DNA from: Planctomycetaceae bacterium UBA6172
GTDB lineage: Bacteria; Planctomycetota; Planctomycetia; Pirellulales; Pirellulaceae
Assembly: GCA_002422955.1 (NCBI GenBank)
Contig: DITY01000230.1
Location: forward strand, 18,745 to 82,744
Reading direction: 5' to 3'
DNA: 64,000 bases
Below are positions 48,346-57,020 of this stretch, in pieces. The notes under the pieces were generated by a model. That model searched no databases. It was not told the origin of the DNA and was given only the letters and a program-made list of their open reading frames with translations. A program made the translations under genes and the position numbers. How positions within the stretch are numbered: position 1 is the first letter of the stretch; each line of letters starts with the position of its first letter.

Positions 48346-48692
48346 TGGGCCGAGTTTCCAGTTTCCGATCGGTTGCCGCCCCGTTCAAAGTCAGTGTAAC
48401 ACAAACCGGTTGCCAGCATCCTTTTTCCCGAGACAAGTTCAGATGTCCCCGACCCAGCCATTCACGTCCCGTTCGGAGCGGTTGGGCTAACGAGTCACCC
48501 AGTCGGAGTCGCTCGCCAAAAGCGACTGGGCTGAGTTGCGGGCAAGGCAGCAACTCCCGGATTTCCCATCCAGCGATCTCGGCTGCTATGATCGCAGGTT
48601 TCAGAGCCTTCGGTGGCCCCGGGGGCACCGAATCGCAAATGCCTGTGAACGCGGAAGGCTACTCGATGAGCGTCCGACCCAAGGAGTTTCCG

Positions 48693-51170
48693 ATGAAACG
48701 AATGATCTCAAACTGGTTGACCGCGTTGCCGCTGTCGATCGTTGCTGCATTTGGCCATGCAGCCGAGCGACAGGCGACGCCTGCGAGCTCGATCCGAGTA
48801 CTCGACGGGTTTAGGGTCGAGTTGTTGCGGTCGGCGCAGGAAGGAGAAGGTTCCTGGATCAGCATGACCATGGACGACAAGGGCCGAGTGATCGTCGGTC
48901 TCGATGCTCAGGGGCTGGGTCGCTTGACCATCGATGAACAAGCCTCGACCGTTGCGTTTGAAAAGCTCGAACAGACCGACGCTTTTCGGCATGTTCGAGG
49001 TGTGCTGTACGCGCACGAATCGCTGTACGTTGGGGCGACGGACACGCAAGCGCTGTTTCGGTTGAAAGACTTGGACGGGGACGGCCAGTTCGAGTCGCAG
49101 CAACTTTTGCAACGCCTCCCTTACCAGAGCCGATACGGCCACGGGACAAACCAAATCGTACTCGGTCCCGATCAGATGATATACGTCGTTGTCGGTAACG
49201 ACGTTGTCTTCCCGGAATCGATGGCTGAGGATTCTCCCTATCGTCATCCACGCAACGATTGGCTGCTGCCCAATCCTCATGACGCTGGACACGACGATCG
49301 CGTCGGCTACATCGCTAGGTTGGACCCCGAAGGCAAGGTTTGGACCGTAGTGGCTGGCGGTTTTCGCAATCAAGTGGACGTCACCTTCAACCGCGAGGGA
49401 GAAATGTTCACCTGGGACGCCGATATGGAATGGGACGTGGGTTTGCCCTGGTATCGACCGACACGTTTGAATCACGTGATCTCCGGCGGCGAGTATGGTT
49501 GGCGCTGGGGGACGGGGAAACGACCTGAATGGTTTCCGGACACACTTCCCAGCACGCTCGATACCGGACTGGCTTCACCGACAGGAATGGTTTTCGGTGG
49601 CGCGAGTAACTGGCCCGAACGATATCGGCAGGCCCTATTTTTGGCTGATTGGCAATTCGGCCGAATTCTGATGGTCGATCTGGATCCGCGCGGCGCGAGT
49701 TATGACGCCTCGGCTGACTGGTTTTTGGAGGGAGCCCCGCTTAACGTTTGCGATATGGCCTTCGGCCGAGACGGCGCGCTGTACTTGATTACTGGTGGGC
49801 GAGGTTCCCAGTCAGGTTTGTATCGCGTCACTTGGGATGAAAGCTCCGCTTCCGCTAACACGCTACCGGTCGACGCTGTCCCATCGGCTGATTCCCGGTC
49901 CGGTGAGCTTCCGACGGCCGAGCAATCGCGTGAAATCCGCCGGCGACTCGAAGTTTATCACCAACGGTCGGATGACAGCGCATCGGACTTCATCTGGTCC
50001 CAACTCGGCAGTTCCGACGAGTGGCTTAGGTTCTCGGCGCGCGTCGCACTCGAAAATCAGCCGCTCGACAGCTGGCGTCACCGCATTGCGAAGTCCGAGG
50101 GTACGCTGGAGACCTGGACAGCGCTGTCGGCGCTGAGCCGAGTGGGTGCTGTTGCCGACCAACCGCTGATTTTCAGTGAGTTTCAGGAGGGAGCGTGGTC
50201 CCGGTCCCAGCCCAAAGATTGGTTATTGCCTTTGCGGGCGCTCCAGATCTCTCTGATCCGGCAAGGTGTTCCCGAGGAATCGGTACGACAACAACTGTTG
50301 GACCGGTTGGACCCCCTTTTCCCGCAGGATAGCTTTCCGGCCAATTGGCTTTTGCAGGAGTTGCTTGTCAAGCTTGGAGCGACGGGAGTCCTTGAGCGGT
50401 CCTTGGACCTGATGGACCAGGCCGCGACTCAGGAAGAACAGATCCAGTATGCCAAGACGTTGACTCACGTCGAAAGCGAATGGGATGCTCATTCCGCAAA
50501 ACGGATGATCTCTTGGCTCAATGAAAATCGTCGAATGGTCGGTGGAAAGCTGGTAGAAGTCACCTGGCGGCAATTGAGGGCTGACTTCGAATCTAGGTTT
50601 GGCGAGCAATTACGAACCGAATTGGCAATGGATCTGAGCGCCTTGGATGAGCCGCTGATGGACGAATCCGCAGTTGGCCAAACGCCTCGTCCATTCGTGA
50701 AGAAGTGGGCGATGGAAGACCTGGTCGACGAAGTTCGGTTGCTGCATCCTGAAGAACGCTCGATCGAGGCGGGGTATCGAGCGCTTGCGGCCGCGAATTG
50801 TTTGCGATGCCATCGCCTCGGCGAGCGCGGGAGCCCCACTGGGCCTGATCTGACTCGCGTCAGCAGGCGGTTTGATGGCCGAGCGTTGCTCGAGTCGGTG
50901 CTCGAACCGTCACGCCAAATTGACCCGAAGTACGCGCATTCCAGTTTTCTGCTCTCCGATGGCAGGGTGGTCACGGGCCGCACTGTCGGAGTCAGCAGTA
51001 AGCACCTGATCGTTGAGACGGATCCGTTGAGTGGGCAAACTCAAACGGTCGACCGCGAAACCATCGAGTCTTCCATGCTCGGCCCACGGTCTCCGATGCC
51101 CGAAGGCCTGCTCGACACCCTGACTAAGGAAGAGGTGCTCGATTTACTCGCGCTGCTCCGGCGTTCATAG
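48693..51170 (+). CDS. PVC-type heme-binding (CxxCH) protein with a membrane-bound-dehydrogenase-like beta-propeller and a helical-repeat region
   Basis: The ATG at 48693 is preceded by AAGGAG (48681-48686) and gives the signal MKRMISNWLTALPLSIVAAFGHA. The C-terminal cytochrome c motif is AANCLRCHRLGERGSPTGPDL. The listed ORF start at 48264 would add 143 aa of Arg/Ser-rich non-protein-like sequence. Confidence 0.8.
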   Translation: MKRMISNWLTALPLSIVAAFGHAAERQATPASSIRVLDGFRVELLRSAQEGEGSWISMTMDDKGRVIVGLDAQGLGRLTIDEQASTVAFEKLEQTDAFRHVRGVLYAHESLYVGATDTQALFRLKDLDGDGQFESQQLLQRLPYQSRYGHGTNQIVLGPDQMIYVVVGNDVVFPESMAEDSPYRHPRNDWLLPNPHDAGHDDRVGYIARLDPEGKVWTVVAGGFRNQVDVTFNREGEMFTWDADMEWDVGLPWYRPTRLNHVISGGEYGWRWGTGKRPEWFPDTLPSTLDTGLASPTGMVFGGASNWPERYRQALFLADWQFGRILMVDLDPRGASYDASADWFLEGAPLNVCDMAFGRDGALYLITGGRGSQSGLYRVTWDESSASANTLPVDAVPSADSRSGELPTAEQSREIRRRLEVYHQRSDDSASDFIWSQLGSSDEWLRFSARVALENQPLDSWRHRIAKSEGTLETWTALSALSRVGAVADQPLIFSEFQEGAWSRSQPKDWLLPLRALQISLIRQGVPEESVRQQLLDRLDPLFPQDSFPANWLLQELLVKLGATGVLERSLDLMDQAATQEEQIQYAKTLTHVESEWDAHSAKRMISWLNENRRMVGGKLVEVTWRQLRADFESRFGEQLRTELAMDLSALDEPLMDESAVGQTPRPFVKKWAMEDLVDEVRLLHPEERSIEAGYRALAAANCLRCHRLGERGSPTGPDLTRVSRRFDGRALLESVLEPSRQIDPKYAHSSFLLSDGRVVTGRTVGVSSKHLIVETDPLSGQTQTVDRETIESSMLGPRSPMPEGLLDTLTKEEVLDLLALLRRS

Positions 51171-51258
51171 TCATGCAGTTCGCCAGGCAACGGCCGTAAT
51201 TGGGTAGTGTTCGAAATCTAGTGTCCTTGGGGGAATTCCCAAGACAGTCTCGCCATCA

Positions 51259-51942
51259 ATGACAGCCAGTGAGGCCCGATTGTTTTCTCAGCAGGTATGG
51301 TCGGAACATTCGGTCCTGATCCGAGCGATCCTCGATTTGCCATTCAATCATGAACTGGCGCAGGGAGTTTTATCCCTGGAGCGATTCGTTCATTATCTCG
51401 CTCAAGACCGGTTTTACTTGCGGAGGTACAGTCGGGCATTGAGCCTTTGCGCGGCGAAATCGCCAGACGAAGCCGGACTTGATTTTTTTGCCAGATCGGC
51501 CCATGCCGCGATTGCGGTCGAACGGACGATGCACGCGGGCTTGTTGGATCGGCTGGGGGTAACCGAGCGGCAGCTAGGCGATCATCGAGAACTGACGCCC
51601 GTCTGTCAGGCCTATACGGACTTTTTACTTGCCGCCTGCTTCGAACAGCCGTATCCGGTCGCAATTGCGGCGGTCTTGCCCTGCTTTTGGATTTATCAGG
51701 AAGTCGGCATGACGATCGCGAACCGCTCGGTTGCTGGCAATCCGTTTCAGCCTTGGATCGACACGTACAACGATGAATCCTTCGCGGAGGCTGTCCGCAG
51801 TGCGATTCATTTATTCGATGAGGCGTCTGCGTCGGCATCCGCCAGTACTCGTGAATCGATGCGACAGGCCTTTCGGCGGTCGACACAGTACGAGTGGATG
51901 TTTTGGGACAGTGCGTATCGCCTTGCCGGTTGGCCGATCTAA
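51259..51942 (+). CDS. tenA: TenA/THI-4/PqqC family protein (thiaminase II-like)
   Basis: FVHYLAQDRFYLRRYSRAL, VLPCFWIYQEVG and YEWMFWD are typical TenA motifs; 227 aa. Confidence 0.8.
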   Translation: MTASEARLFSQQVWSEHSVLIRAILDLPFNHELAQGVLSLERFVHYLAQDRFYLRRYSRALSLCAAKSPDEAGLDFFARSAHAAIAVERTMHAGLLDRLGVTERQLGDHRELTPVCQAYTDFLLAACFEQPYPVAIAAVLPCFWIYQEVGMTIANRSVAGNPFQPWIDTYNDESFAEAVRSAIHLFDEASASASASTRESMRQAFRRSTQYEWMFWDSAYRLAGWPI

Positions 51943-52102
51943 TTCCGGCCACTAATCGCTCTGCCGAAGTCTTACTCGGCTAGCCCGCAAGAGGCGTTTG
52001 TGGTGCGTAAATTGGGTCCACTCTTCAGTGATCGGCCGCAAATTGGGGTTGCCCGGATGTCGGATTTCCTGCTATCCCACAAGCCCCTTTGGAACCGGTC
52101 AC

Positions 52103-53179
52103 ATGACGTCTCTAGAAACAGCGTATCCCGAAGTTTTTGTCACGAACTTCCACCGGCGTTTTACCGGCGTTTCGGCAACCGCGGACGCGGTGTTGTCACA
52201 GCAGACGCACCGACTGAATGTCCGTTTGGTTGGGCAGCCCTTGCCTTCGACGCCTCAGGCTTGGCCCTACCGAAAAGCACTATTCCGCAGTCGCAAGGCT
52301 CCTCAGAATCGACCGTTCGCGATCTGGCACGTTCGTCGAAACCTCGAAATGTCGGCCGCCTTGTTCGTGCGAGATGTCTTGAGGTATCCGATCCGAATCG
52401 TCTTCACATCCGCGGCTCAACGCCTGCATTCACGAATTCCGCGGGCATTGATTTCCCGAATGGACGCTGTGGTCGCGACCACTTCTTATGCCGCATCGCT
52501 CGTCCCGCACATCGCCGCCGTGATCCCTCATGGGGTCGATATCGATCGCTTCACGCCAGCCGATGATCGTCAGGCGGCGTGGGCTGACTTGGGATTGCCT
52601 GGAAAGCACGGCATCGGCATCGTCGGTAGAATTCGCCATGAAAAGGGGACCGATTACTTCGTCGATGCCCTTTGCCGAGTTCTTCCCGAGCGTCCGGACT
52701 TCACGGGCGTGATCATCGGTCGGGCGATGCCGACCGACGCCACGTTCGAGGCTGAATTGCGGGAAAAGATTCGACGGCATGGGTTGGACGATCGCATTCA
52801 TTTCCTGGGCGAACAGTCACGAGATCGAATGCCCGCGATCATGCGGGCCTTGTCTCTGCTAGTGGCTTCGCCCAGGTACGAAGGATATGGGATGACGCCG
52901 CTGGAAGCGATGGCTAGCGGAGTGGCCGTCGTGGCGACCGACACGGGTGTTTATCGATCGATCATCGAGCCTGGCAAGACGGGCTATGTCGTCGAGATCG
53001 GGGATAACGAAGCGCTGAAGCAAGCGATCGCGAGCATTACCCAGCATCCTGAGCGTCTGCATCGGATGGGAACCGACGCCCGCGAGGCCGCTGTGCGGCA
53101 GCTATCGCTCGAGCAGGAAATCAGAGGCTACTCCGAGATTTATCAACGCCTCTGGCAGGGCGAAACCTTCAGAAACTGA
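52103..53179 (+). CDS. glycosyltransferase family 4 (GT-B, group 1)
   Basis: The ATG at 52103 (MTSLETAYPEVFVTNFHRRFTGVSAT) lies within ORF 51998-53179. The C-terminal E..G..P.E motif region is PRYEGYGMTPLEAMASGVAVVATDTG. Confidence 0.8.
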   Translation: MTSLETAYPEVFVTNFHRRFTGVSATADAVLSQQTHRLNVRLVGQPLPSTPQAWPYRKALFRSRKAPQNRPFAIWHVRRNLEMSAALFVRDVLRYPIRIVFTSAAQRLHSRIPRALISRMDAVVATTSYAASLVPHIAAVIPHGVDIDRFTPADDRQAAWADLGLPGKHGIGIVGRIRHEKGTDYFVDALCRVLPERPDFTGVIIGRAMPTDATFEAELREKIRRHGLDDRIHFLGEQSRDRMPAIMRALSLLVASPRYEGYGMTPLEAMASGVAVVATDTGVYRSIIEPGKTGYVVEIGDNEALKQAIASITQHPERLHRMGTDAREAAVRQLSLEQEIRGYSEIYQRLWQGETFRN

Positions 53180-53223
53180 GCTCTCCACAGGGCCGCTTTC
53201 AGACTGGCTTCGAACTGCGCACG

Positions 53224-53850
53224 TTATGTCGCATCCGTCGCCCGTCGGCGGATACGGCTTGTGGTTCGGGAACGGGATGCTCCACGATAGCCCCAGGATC
53301 CGGCTTGGCCTCGACAGAGCGATAGCTTGGATTCCAATTGAGGTAGCGAGTCGGCGCCGACTTGATCCGCGGCCGACAGGAGGAGTTTGGCGCAAGCGAT
53401 CGAATCTTCCAACGCGTCGTGATGGCGAAAGGAAATGTTCATCCAGTTGGCCAAGGCCTTCAGGCCGTAGGACGGGCGGCCAGGCCAAGTGTTGCGAGAG
53501 ATTAGCCGAGTGCAAGAGAATTGCAATTCCGGTACCGGCAACTCGTGAAACAGCAGACAGGCGCGGAGCACCCCGATGTCGAAGGGGGCGTTGTGCGCGA
53601 TCAAACATTCGTCCTCTAGGTGAGGTGCGATTCTTGACCAGCACTCCCCGAACTCGGGTTCGCTGGCGACCGCCTCGGGGTGGATGCCGTGAACCTGAAT
53701 GTTCATCCGGCTGAAGGCGAACGGTCGTGGACGGATCAACCAACATTGCTGATCCACGATTCGCCCGTCGCGGACCTTAACCGCCGCTAGTTGGCAGGCG
53801 CTATGGCGCGCCGAATTCGCTGTTTCAAAATCGATTGCGGTAAAATCCAT
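53224..53850 (-). CDS. DEDDh 3'-5' exonuclease (DnaQ/PolIII epsilon-like)
   Basis: The ATG at 53850 gives MDFTAIDFETAN (ExoI). AHNAPFDIGVL is ExoII and HHDALEDSIACAKL is ExoIII with His. It lies 35 nt downstream of valS. Confidence 0.85.
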   Translation of the reverse strand: MDFTAIDFETANSARHSACQLAAVKVRDGRIVDQQCWLIRPRPFAFSRMNIQVHGIHPEAVASEPEFGECWSRIAPHLEDECLIAHNAPFDIGVLRACLLFHELPVPELQFSCTRLISRNTWPGRPSYGLKALANWMNISFRHHDALEDSIACAKLLLSAADQVGADSLPQLESKLSLCRGQAGSWGYRGASRSRTTSRIRRRATDAT

Positions 53851-53885
53851 TCCCTCGCCCCACGGTCTCTCAAAAGCCAAATGGC

Positions 53886-56800
53886 TCAGTCACCGATGCG
53901 GATTCTGAGTTTTTGAATGTCTGCTGACAAGCCGAGTTCCTGCCGCCGCAACTCATCGAGTGATTGACGTTCTTGGTCGACTACTTGGGCGGGAGCCCGA
54001 CTGACAAAGCTGTCGTTGCTCAACTTTTGCTCTTTGCCGGCGATTTGCTTTACGATTTGGGAGAGTAGTCGCTCCAATCGCTGCAATTCCGCGTCGACGT
54101 CGATGAACCGTTCCAAGTCAACATGGACGTCAATATCCAAGGCCGGGATGGCTAGCGGGGCGTCCGTTGCGAAGGGTTGGGTTTGCGGTCCTAAGGATTC
54201 GATCGATGCGGTCGCGAGCGATTCGAGCAGAACCTTCATCGGCGTCAACAGTTCGGCGGCTTCCAAATTGCAACGGACACCGACCGGAACCGAATCCCGA
54301 GGGGGGATGTTTTGGCTGCTCCGAATCTTTCGGACAGCTCCCAAGACTTCTCGGAAAACCGCGAATTGTCGCTCGATCTTGTCGTCAGCGTCGTTTCGAG
54401 GTTCCGCCGTTGGCCAACTCGCCAGCATCACAAAGCGACTCGTCCGCTCAGCCGGTGTTTGCGGGCCAATGGCTAACCCACGGACCGGCGCGACCGTTCC
54501 GAGATGACTCCAAATCTCCTCGGTCACGAAGGGTATGAACGGGTGGAGGAGGCGAAGCAAGGTGTCGAGCGCATGGGCAATGATCGTTTGCGTTGCGGCC
54601 CGGGTCGATGGGTCAGCTAGCCTCGCTTTTGCCATTTCGACGTACAGGCTGCAGAACTCGTCCCACGCGAAGTCGTACAGGACTCTCGCGGCTTCGGCGT
54701 AGCGGTAATGATCGAGGGCTTCAGTGACGGCGCTCGTAACGCTCGAGAGTCGGCTGAGAAGCCAGCGGTCTTCCAGGGGGAGGCTTTCCCGATCGATCGC
54801 GACGGGTTCAAAGTCATTCAGGTGAAGGAGAGTGAAGCGGGCAGCATTCCAGAGTTTGTTGACGAAATTGCGCGCAGTCTCAAAGCGTTCACTGACCACC
54901 GCGCCGCGAGGCAGTTTTCGGTCCTCCTCCGATTCGGCCCACTGCGTCGAAAAGGGCTGGCCACACGAGGGGCAATCGATCCGCGGCAAGCTCCGATTCT
55001 TCTTGGTCTGGTCGATCAACTTAGCGCAGTGCGGACATTCGTACTGAACCGGCATCCGCACGTCTTGCGTTTCGGTCGCTAGCCATGCCAGGGCGAATCG
55101 TAATGCGTCGGGGCCGAACTTCTCCACGATGTCGATCGGGTCAACGCCGTTGCCCTTCGACTTGCTCATCGTCTCGCCGAGCCCATCCAAGATTTTGGGG
55201 TGTATGAACACCTCGTCGAACGGGACTTTGCCGGTGTTGTTGAGGCCCATCAGGACCATCCGGGCGACCCATAGCGTGATGATGTCGCGTGACGTGATGA
55301 GCGTGCTGGTCGGGTAGAAGTAGCTCAGTTCCGGTGTCGGATCGGGCCAGCCGAGGGTGCTGTGAGGCCATAATGCCGAGGAAAACCAGGTGTCGAGCAC
55401 ATCGGGGTCGCGGACCAAGCCGAGTTTTTCGACAGCCGTTTCCAGTTCTTGGTTTTCGCGTCGTAGGCAGACGAACACGAACGATTGGGCGTGCTCATTC
55501 TTGTCGACCTGGTGAGTCAGTTCGTCGCTTTGCGAGCTGATTCCTGTAAGCTTTGCGACCAGATCGCCGACTTCGGACTCCGCGAGGGGGCCGGCGGACC
55601 AGATCGGGATGCGGTGTCCCCACCACAACTGGCGACTAACCGGCCAATCCCGTTTCTCACTCAACCAGTCGATATAGCCCTTGCGATAACGCGCGGGGAA
55701 AATTTTGACCCGCTCCGTTTCCACCGCTTCGATTGCCGACTGAGCCAGTGCGTCCATCTTCACGAACCATTGGTCCGCGAGCAGCGGTTCGATGGGCGTT
55801 TTGCTGCGATCGCTGTGAGGCAGTTCGATGTCTCGGTCCTCGATGTCTCCTAGCAAGCCAAGGGCATCGAGATCGGCGACGACTTTCTCTCGCGCCTGCT
55901 TGATCGATAGCCCCTGGTACACGCCCGCCGTGGAATTGAGAGTGCCATCGGCGTTCAAGATATTGATCATCGGAAGCCCGCAACGCAGCCCGACCTCGTA
56001 GTCGTTGGGGTCATGGGCGGGCGTAATTTTTACGCAGCCGCTGCCCATCTCCGGCTTCGCCCAGATGTCCGCGACCAGCGGAATCGGTCGATTCATTAGA
56101 GGCAACATGACTTGCCTGCCATCGAGAGCCATGTCCCGGAGGATGCTCAGCGCCGGCAAGGCCTGATCACGCCGGGCGATCAAGTCATCCAATTGAGTAG
56201 CGAAGAGCGGTCGGTCCTTGTCTCCGGCCGCTTCAATCTTCTCACGCTGTTGGGCGATCAAGTGCTCGAAGGCCGCCGCCGGATCGGGATGCACCGCGAT
56301 GGCGGTATCGCCGAGCAACGTCTCCGGCCGAGTCGTCGCGATCTCGACCGTTTTCGGTTCCCCCGGCTGGGCGTCGATCACCTGATAACGGATGTGCCAG
56401 AAATTTCCCTTCACCGTTTCGTTGAAAACCTCGTCATCGCTAACGGCGGTTTGCAGGAAGGTATCCCAATTGACGAGTCGTTTGCCGCGATAGATCAACT
56501 GCTGGCGAAACAAGTCGTAGAAGGTTGCGCGAACGGCGGCGGCGCAGCGGTCATCGAGGGTGAAGCGGGTGCGATCCCAATCGCAACTGCAGCCCATCCT
56601 TTTGAGTTGTCCGAGGATCCGTGTTTCGTACTGATCTTTCCATTGCCAGATCCGTTGCACGAGCGCTTCCCGGCCCAAGTCGTGTCGGGTTTTATTTTCC
56701 TGTTCCTTGAGTCGACGCTCGACAACGGCTTGGGTCGCAATGCCCGCATGGTCCGTGCCCGGTATCCAGAGGGCTTCGAAACCCTGCATCCGTCGGGTGC

Positions 56801-57020
56801 GGATGAGAACATCTTGGAGGGTGTTGTTGAGCCCATGCCCTAAGTGCAGCGCGCCCGTGACGTTCGGTGGCGGGATCACGATCGTGAACGGTCGGCGGTC
56901 GGGATTCACGTTCGCCCGCCAGCACCCCGCTTCATCCCAGGCCGCGAGGATCCGGTCTGCGGCGGTCGCAAAATCGAAACGGTTTGGGATCTGCGATTCT
57001 TCCGGTTCGGTGATAGTCAT
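53886..57020 (-). CDS. valS: valine--tRNA ligase
   Basis: PPPNVTGALHLGHGLN (HIGH), TMSKSKGN (KMSKS) and a C-terminal coiled coil. 1044 aa. The start overlaps the cimA stop in ATGA. Confidence 0.95.
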   Translation of the reverse strand: MTITEPEESQIPNRFDFATAADRILAAWDEAGCWRANVNPDRRPFTIVIPPPNVTGALHLGHGLNNTLQDVLIRTRRMQGFEALWIPGTDHAGIATQAVVERRLKEQENKTRHDLGREALVQRIWQWKDQYETRILGQLKRMGCSCDWDRTRFTLDDRCAAAVRATFYDLFRQQLIYRGKRLVNWDTFLQTAVSDDEVFNETVKGNFWHIRYQVIDAQPGEPKTVEIATTRPETLLGDTAIAVHPDPAAAFEHLIAQQREKIEAAGDKDRPLFATQLDDLIARRDQALPALSILRDMALDGRQVMLPLMNRPIPLVADIWAKPEMGSGCVKITPAHDPNDYEVGLRCGLPMINILNADGTLNSTAGVYQGLSIKQAREKVVADLDALGLLGDIEDRDIELPHSDRSKTPIEPLLADQWFVKMDALAQSAIEAVETERVKIFPARYRKGYIDWLSEKRDWPVSRQLWWGHRIPIWSAGPLAESEVGDLVAKLTGISSQSDELTHQVDKNEHAQSFVFVCLRRENQELETAVEKLGLVRDPDVLDTWFSSALWPHSTLGWPDPTPELSYFYPTSTLITSRDIITLWVARMVLMGLNNTGKVPFDEVFIHPKILDGLGETMSKSKGNGVDPIDIVEKFGPDALRFALAWLATETQDVRMPVQYECPHCAKLIDQTKKNRSLPRIDCPSCGQPFSTQWAESEEDRKLPRGAVVSERFETARNFVNKLWNAARFTLLHLNDFEPVAIDRESLPLEDRWLLSRLSSVTSAVTEALDHYRYAEAARVLYDFAWDEFCSLYVEMAKARLADPSTRAATQTIIAHALDTLLRLLHPFIPFVTEEIWSHLGTVAPVRGLAIGPQTPAERTSRFVMLASWPTAEPRNDADDKIERQFAVFREVLGAVRKIRSSQNIPPRDSVPVGVRCNLEAAELLTPMKVLLESLATASIESLGPQTQPFATDAPLAIPALDIDVHVDLERFIDVDAELQRLERLLSQIVKQIAGKEQKLSNDSFVSRAPAQVVDQERQSLDELRRQELGLSADIQKLRIRIGD

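Noticed and set aside
48264-48692. The listed ORF for the heme-binding protein has a 143-codon N-terminal extension.
   Set aside because: The extension is Arg/Ser-rich and would bury the obvious signal peptide. The internal ATG at 48693 has an AAGGAG ribosome-binding site 7 nt upstream.
51171-51258. I looked for a TPP riboswitch upstream of tenA, a gene often controlled by one.
   Set aside because: The gap is only 88 nt, and I find none of the conserved THI-box elements (CUGAGA, ACCUGA...GGAUAAUGCC-like).
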